Origin: Eubacteriales bacterium
Lineage (GTDB): Bacteria > Bacillota > Clostridia > Lachnospirales > JAITVM01
Direction of reading: 5' to 3'
Assembly (NCBI GenBank): GCA_031551135.1
Contig: JAVBOA010000006.1
Span: forward strand, 17,502 to 81,501
Length of the DNA stretch: 64,000 nucleotides
In this document: positions 60,258-64,000 of the stretch, piece after piece
Position numbering within the stretch: position 1 is the first letter of the stretch
Layout: every line of letters begins with the position of its first letter
Translations under genes and position numbers: made by a program
The notes under the pieces: generated by a model
What the model saw: only the letters and a program-made list of their open reading frames with translations
Databases searched by the model: none
What the model was told of the DNA's origin: nothing

Positions 60258-60476
60258 ATGGAAATACGGCTGTTTGCGACTTTGCGTGAAGGTCGTGAAA
60301 AAGTATTTCATATTTCCGATATAAATATAAAAAATGGTTTTGATTTAGCCGAAAAATTGAAAATCCCGAAAGAAGAAATTGCTATATTTTTAATAAACGG
60401 CCGTCATAGTAAATTAGATGCGAATTTGAAAGACGACGATATAATCGCTATTTTTCCACCCGTTGGCGGCGGTTGA
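60258..60476 (+). CDS. moaD: MoaD/ThiS-family ubiquitin-like sulfur carrier
   Basis: 72 aa. MEIRLFATLRE ... INGRH ... DDIIAIFPPVGGG-stop. ATG 2 nt after the aor stop. Confidence 0.85.
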   Translation: MEIRLFATLREGREKVFHISDINIKNGFDLAEKLKIPKEEIAIFLINGRHSKLDANLKDDDIIAIFPPVGGG

Positions 60477-60481
60477 TACTT

Positions 60482-60528
60482 AAAAAAGCTTTGGCTTTTC
60501 GGATAAAACCGATAGCCAAAGCTTTTTC
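60482..60528. terminator. Bidirectional terminator between convergent operons
   Basis: AAAAAGCTTTGGCT (60483..60496) / AGCCAAAGCTTTTT (60514..60527), with A-run and T-run flanks. Confidence 0.75.
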
Positions 60529-61997
60529 TAATCAATAAATTCAATTAATTTCGAAATATCTATTACGTTTTCTTTTTGCATAAAAACTGCAATCCGTTTT
60601 GCAATTTCCATTACACCGCCTTTTTTATTGCTCTCGATATTCAGAGGCATAACCGGATCATGAACACTCATACGCAATAAAAACCAGCCGTCTGCGGCTT
60701 TTGAATTCACTCTGTAACCTTCATGATTAATTTCTTCCGGAACAAAATCACTCTCGGATTCTACGAATTTTTTTAGATTCTCCAAAATATTCTGACCGTC
60801 TTTAACAAAATCTTCACCTGTAAGTTTAAACCTTATTTCAGCGGTTTCCAGTGCTTCATTAAATCCGTTCAAAAGCTCGTTTAAAGATTTTCCTTCTTTT
60901 TTAAGCTGAGCCATTTTAATAATGACTTTAGTTACCAAAAACGCACCGTCATCCAAAAAATAATTATCCATAAAAGCGGCATGACCCGAAGTTTCTATCG
61001 CAAGTGGCGCAGTTTCGCCGTTTTCGTTCAGCCTTAACGCTTCATTTATAACATTTTTATAACCTCTTTTGAATCTTAAATGCTTTCCGCCAAGATTTTC
61101 AATAAAAATTTTTAGTGCATCACTTGTAATAGAATCGGTAACTATCGTTCCGTGCGGATATTTTTCCAAAGCAAGCACAGAAGCAAGGGCAATCAGGCGG
61201 TTTTTGTTCAAAGAGCTTCCGTCAGATAAAACACATCCGGCTCTGTCCACATCAGTGTCAAAAATAACGCCAAGGTCGGCTTTTGATTCAAGGGTAGCTT
61301 TTGTAATAAAGCTCATTGCTTTTTTATCTTCGGGATTCGGAATATGATTCGGAAACATTCCGTCAGGCTCAAGAAAAAGACTTCCGCTGATGTCTGCTCC
61401 AAGTTCTTGCAATACCGAAGCATAAAAACCGCCTGCGCCGTTTCCGGCATCAACGACGATATGAAAACCATTGAGAGGCTTTTCGAAATCATTTACTTCT
61501 TTTTTCACCAAATCAGTCAAAAACGTTTTATATTCGCTCATATAATCAAGGGTTTCCGGTTTTTTCGAAGCATTTTCCAGAATTTCTTTAACGTCTTTGC
61601 TGTTAAGTCCGCCTTCTTTTGTAAAAAATTTCAGCCCGTTGCGGTTAAAAGGATGATGGCTTGCAGTCAACTGGATTGAGCCGTCTGCATGTTTCAAAGT
61701 TGACATAAACATTGCAGGCGTTGAAGCCAAACCGCAAATCATTACATTTGCGCCTGTGTGGTTAATTCCCTGTGATACGGTATTTAAAAGCCTGTTTGCC
61801 GAAATTCTGGAGTCATGCCCTACAGCGATTTTCAATTCATATATATTTTTATTAAGCGTTTTTGAAAGCCAATGAACAAAAGCCGCCGCAATATTTTCAC
61901 AAACTTCATCCGTTAAATTTATTTCTTCGCCAACAACACCTTCTGCGGCTATCCCGCGCACATCCGAACCGCTTAAAAATTGCATATAATCTATCAT
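60528..61997 (-). CDS. Phosphohexomutase (phosphoglucomutase/phosphomannomutase family)
   Basis: ATG 61997 after AAGGAG-N6. Active-site loop TASHHPFNRNG, metal loop FDTDVDR. The 22-codon upstream extension overlaps the kinase gene. Confidence 0.85.
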   Translation of the reverse strand: MIDYMQFLSGSDVRGIAAEGVVGEEINLTDEVCENIAAAFVHWLSKTLNKNIYELKIAVGHDSRISANRLLNTVSQGINHTGANVMICGLASTPAMFMSTLKHADGSIQLTASHHPFNRNGLKFFTKEGGLNSKDVKEILENASKKPETLDYMSEYKTFLTDLVKKEVNDFEKPLNGFHIVVDAGNGAGGFYASVLQELGADISGSLFLEPDGMFPNHIPNPEDKKAMSFITKATLESKADLGVIFDTDVDRAGCVLSDGSSLNKNRLIALASVLALEKYPHGTIVTDSITSDALKIFIENLGGKHLRFKRGYKNVINEALRLNENGETAPLAIETSGHAAFMDNYFLDDGAFLVTKVIIKMAQLKKEGKSLNELLNGFNEALETAEIRFKLTGEDFVKDGQNILENLKKFVESESDFVPEEINHEGYRVNSKAADGWFLLRMSVHDPVMPLNIESNKKGGVMEIAKRIAVFMQKENVIDISKLIEFID

Positions 61998-62007
61998 AAT
62001 CCACTCC

Positions 62008-63396
62008 TTAAAGTTCAGATGAGAGTACAATTTTTCTGCCCTCTTCCAAATTCTCGATTTCACCTAAAGCTTTTAATTGCATCAAAATATTTCCGACAAC
62101 AGCTGCCTCTATCGGTCCGCGAACGACTTTACAGCCTGTTGCTTCTTCTGTCATTTCGCAAAGCAACTCGTCACGTGCGCCGCCGCCGACAATATTTATC
62201 GTAGAAATTTCTGTTTTTGTTATATTTTTTAAATCCGCCAATACACGCTTGTATTCTTTTGCAAGTCCACGATAAACGCCGATTGCATGTTGACCGAGAT
62301 TTTTCGGAGTTCCTAAGCCTTTTGCTTCACAATGCTCTCGTATAGCCTGAGGCATATTCGGCGGCAAAGTAAATTCCGGCGCGTTTACATCAATAATAAA
62401 TTTTTCGCTCTCAGAGTTTTTAAGTTCCGCGCGCGCCGCTGAAATTATATCAGGGAAAGAAATTTCTGTATCCCATTGTTTTTTCAATTGCTGAATAATC
62501 CATAAACCCGTGATATTTTTCAAAAATGTAATTTTATTTTCCACTCCGCCTTCGTTTGTAAAATCGTATTTCATAGATTCATCTGAAACAATCGGAGCAT
62601 CAAGCTCTTTGCCCAAAAGCGACCATGTACCCGAACTCAAAAAAGCTGAATTTTCGTCAGCGAGCGGAGTTGCGGCAACAGCAGAAGCCGTATCGTGACC
62701 GCCTACGGCAATAACTTTAACATCCGATAATCCGCATTCACTCTCAAATTCTTCGGTCAAATTCCCCAAAATTGTACCCGGAAATACGATTTCGCCAAAT
62801 AAATCTTTGTTAATATTAAATTTATCCATGAGTTCGTAATTCCATTTTTTTGTTTTAGGGTTGACTAATTGACTTGTAGTTGCTTCGGTATATTCATTTT
62901 TCATAACACCGCATAAGAAATAGTTAAACAAATCCGGCATAAGCAAGATTTTATCGGATATCTTATAAATTTCGCTGTCTTGTTCGGCCAAGAGTTGATA
63001 AATTGTATTCAATTGCATATGTTGAATTCCGGATTCCTTATAGATTTCATTCAGTGATAAATATTTTTCTGCTTTTTCATAAATCCCGTCTGTTCTGGAA
63101 TCTCGATAATGCAGCGGATTTGAAATCAAATATCCATTTTTATCAATCAAGCCATAATCAACGCCCCAAGTATCCACGCCGATGGAATCAATTTTTATAT
63201 TAAGAGCCGCGGCTTTTTTAAGCCCGACTTTTATTTCATGAATCAAGCGCAAAAAATCCCAGTAAAGATGATTATGTAAACTGACGGGTTCGTTGGCAAA
63301 TCTGTGTATTTCCGTTATTTCAATTTTTTTATTTTCAAATTTTCCAAGCATCAAGCGGCCGCCGGACGCACCAAAATCCAATGCTAAACAATTCAC
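62008..63396 (-). CDS. rhaB: FGGY-family sugar kinase, rhamnulokinase-like
   Basis: LALDFGASGGRLMLG ... IGVDTWGVDYGL ... GGHDTASAV ... VGGGARDELL. GTG start after GGGAGG. Confidence 0.75.
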   Translation of the reverse strand: MNCLALDFGASGGRLMLGKFENKKIEITEIHRFANEPVSLHNHLYWDFLRLIHEIKVGLKKAAALNIKIDSIGVDTWGVDYGLIDKNGYLISNPLHYRDSRTDGIYEKAEKYLSLNEIYKESGIQHMQLNTIYQLLAEQDSEIYKISDKILLMPDLFNYFLCGVMKNEYTEATTSQLVNPKTKKWNYELMDKFNINKDLFGEIVFPGTILGNLTEEFESECGLSDVKVIAVGGHDTASAVAATPLADENSAFLSSGTWSLLGKELDAPIVSDESMKYDFTNEGGVENKITFLKNITGLWIIQQLKKQWDTEISFPDIISAARAELKNSESEKFIIDVNAPEFTLPPNMPQAIREHCEAKGLGTPKNLGQHAIGVYRGLAKEYKRVLADLKNITKTEISTINIVGGGARDELLCEMTEEATGCKVVRGPIEAAVVGNILMQLKALGEIENLEEGRKIVLSSEL

Positions 63397-63430
63397 AATA
63401 TACCTCCCAACAATTCAAAATAAAATTTCA

Positions 63431-63455
63431 GGAATGGTAATACTATTACCATCCC
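63431..63455. repeat. Near-perfect 12+12 palindrome built from family-1 terminal-repeat-like sequence
   Basis: GGAATGGTAATA|CTATTACCATCCC. Contains ATGGTA joined to ATACTATT, i.e. right-end-like and left-end-like motifs abutted. Confidence 0.4.
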
Positions 63456-63473
63456 CGAAAAATTATAACTACA

Positions 63474-63552
63474 CTGACGAACGATTAGATTTTCACACCC
63501 ATTCCGTGCGGTTAGGTAGAGAATGGGTGTGAACTTTGTTTTCGTTCGTCAG
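63474..63552. repeat. Family-2 hairpin repeat, copy B
   Basis: CTGACGAACGA-TTAGATTTT-CACACCCATTC-CGTGCGGTTAGGTA-GAGAATGGGTGTG-AACTTTGTTT-TCGTTCGTCAG. An 11-bp outer and an 11-bp inner stem are separated by an internal loop. Confidence 0.8.
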
Positions 63553-63586
63553 TATTTTAGAGTTCTGCGCTTTTAATCGCATAGAA

Positions 63587-64000
63587 CTATTTTACAACAC
63601 CTTTTTTCAATATGAGATTAGCATAAAGTGCTTTTTCGGAAGTTGCAATAATCGCATAAGCTTTTTTCGCTCGGTCATAAAATTCAAAACGGTCAATATA
63701 TTCAATCTCAGCCGGTTCTGTGGAATTAATAATTTCTTTAAATTTATCCCAGATAACAGGAACGGTTTTATCACCTTCAACTACTTTCATTAAAGCAACA
63801 GGTGCAGGAACGTAAGTATCAAGCGGAAATAATTTTAAAACAGCTTCCAAAATTACCGGAACATCATGTCCGTCCAATCTAATCAATTTGTTCGCAAGCG
63901 CCGCCGCCGGAAAATTACCGTCACCGATAACAATCTCGTCACCGTGTCCCATTTCCATAAGAATTTTCAGAAGCTCAGGCGATAAGATATCAGGAATATT
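63587..64000 (-). CDS. fucU: RbsD/FucU-family sugar mutarotase; 5' end is off-window
   Basis: The reading frame stays open upstream of the listed M (NIPDILSPELLKILMEMGHGDEIVIGDGNFPA...), which is the conserved N-terminal region of FucU/RbsD. Confidence 0.8.
   Translation of the reverse strand, partial: NIPDILSPELLKILMEMGHGDEIVIGDGNFPAAALANKLIRLDGHDVPVILEAVLKLFPLDTYVPAPVALMKVVEGDKTVPVIWDKFKEIINSTEPAEIEYIDRFEFYDRAKKAYAIIATSEKALYANLILKKGVVK

Overview
Low-GC Firmicutes (Clostridia-like) chromosomal segment, densely coding, mostly on the minus strand, and largely core housekeeping. I found no tRNA or rRNA genes, CRISPR array, integrase, transposase, prophage or recognisable defence system.

Gene content, in order:
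- fused BcrA/BadF-type activase / dehydratase-like giant protein, polC, ispG, a PRPP-synthetase-like gene, a DHH phosphoesterase
- a sugar nucleotidyltransferase next to a galE interrupted by two in-frame TAA codons
- rluB, two DD-carboxypeptidases flanking scpA-scpB and a degenerate M50 protease
- ftsQ-ftsZ (no ftsA), a class A PBP, glnA
- a small accessory patch: ComEC-like MBL hydrolase + DUF3006-like ORF, flavodoxin, glutathione peroxidase, an AT-rich helical-repeat protein, a secreted multidomain glycoside-hydrolase-like protein
- manA fused onto an ilvN-ilvC-leuC-leuD-leuB-ilvE-ilvD-ilvB operon
- a Mo/W/Se cofactor island: xdhC, yqeB, yqeC, malic enzyme, chrA-like, thiF/moeB-like, two moeA, tupCBA, a Moco/Tuco-type riboswitch, a small GG-terminated ORF, aor, moaD-like
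- a sugar cluster: phosphohexomutase, rhamnulokinase-like, fucU-like

Signals not explained by genes:
1. A ~115-nt nested-palindrome element is present in five full-length copies plus several decayed hairpins. Every full copy lies 5' of a gene in the same orientation, and two lie downstream of a readable consensus promoter, so they sit inside 5'UTRs.
2. A second ~85-nt hairpin repeat family has two copies.
3. The otherwise intact galE carries the double TAA.
4. The tungsten-enzyme operon has a riboswitch, two unrelated Gly-Gly-terminated small proteins and a nearby E1-like gene.

All functional calls rest on my recognition of motifs in the translated ORFs. No database search was run.
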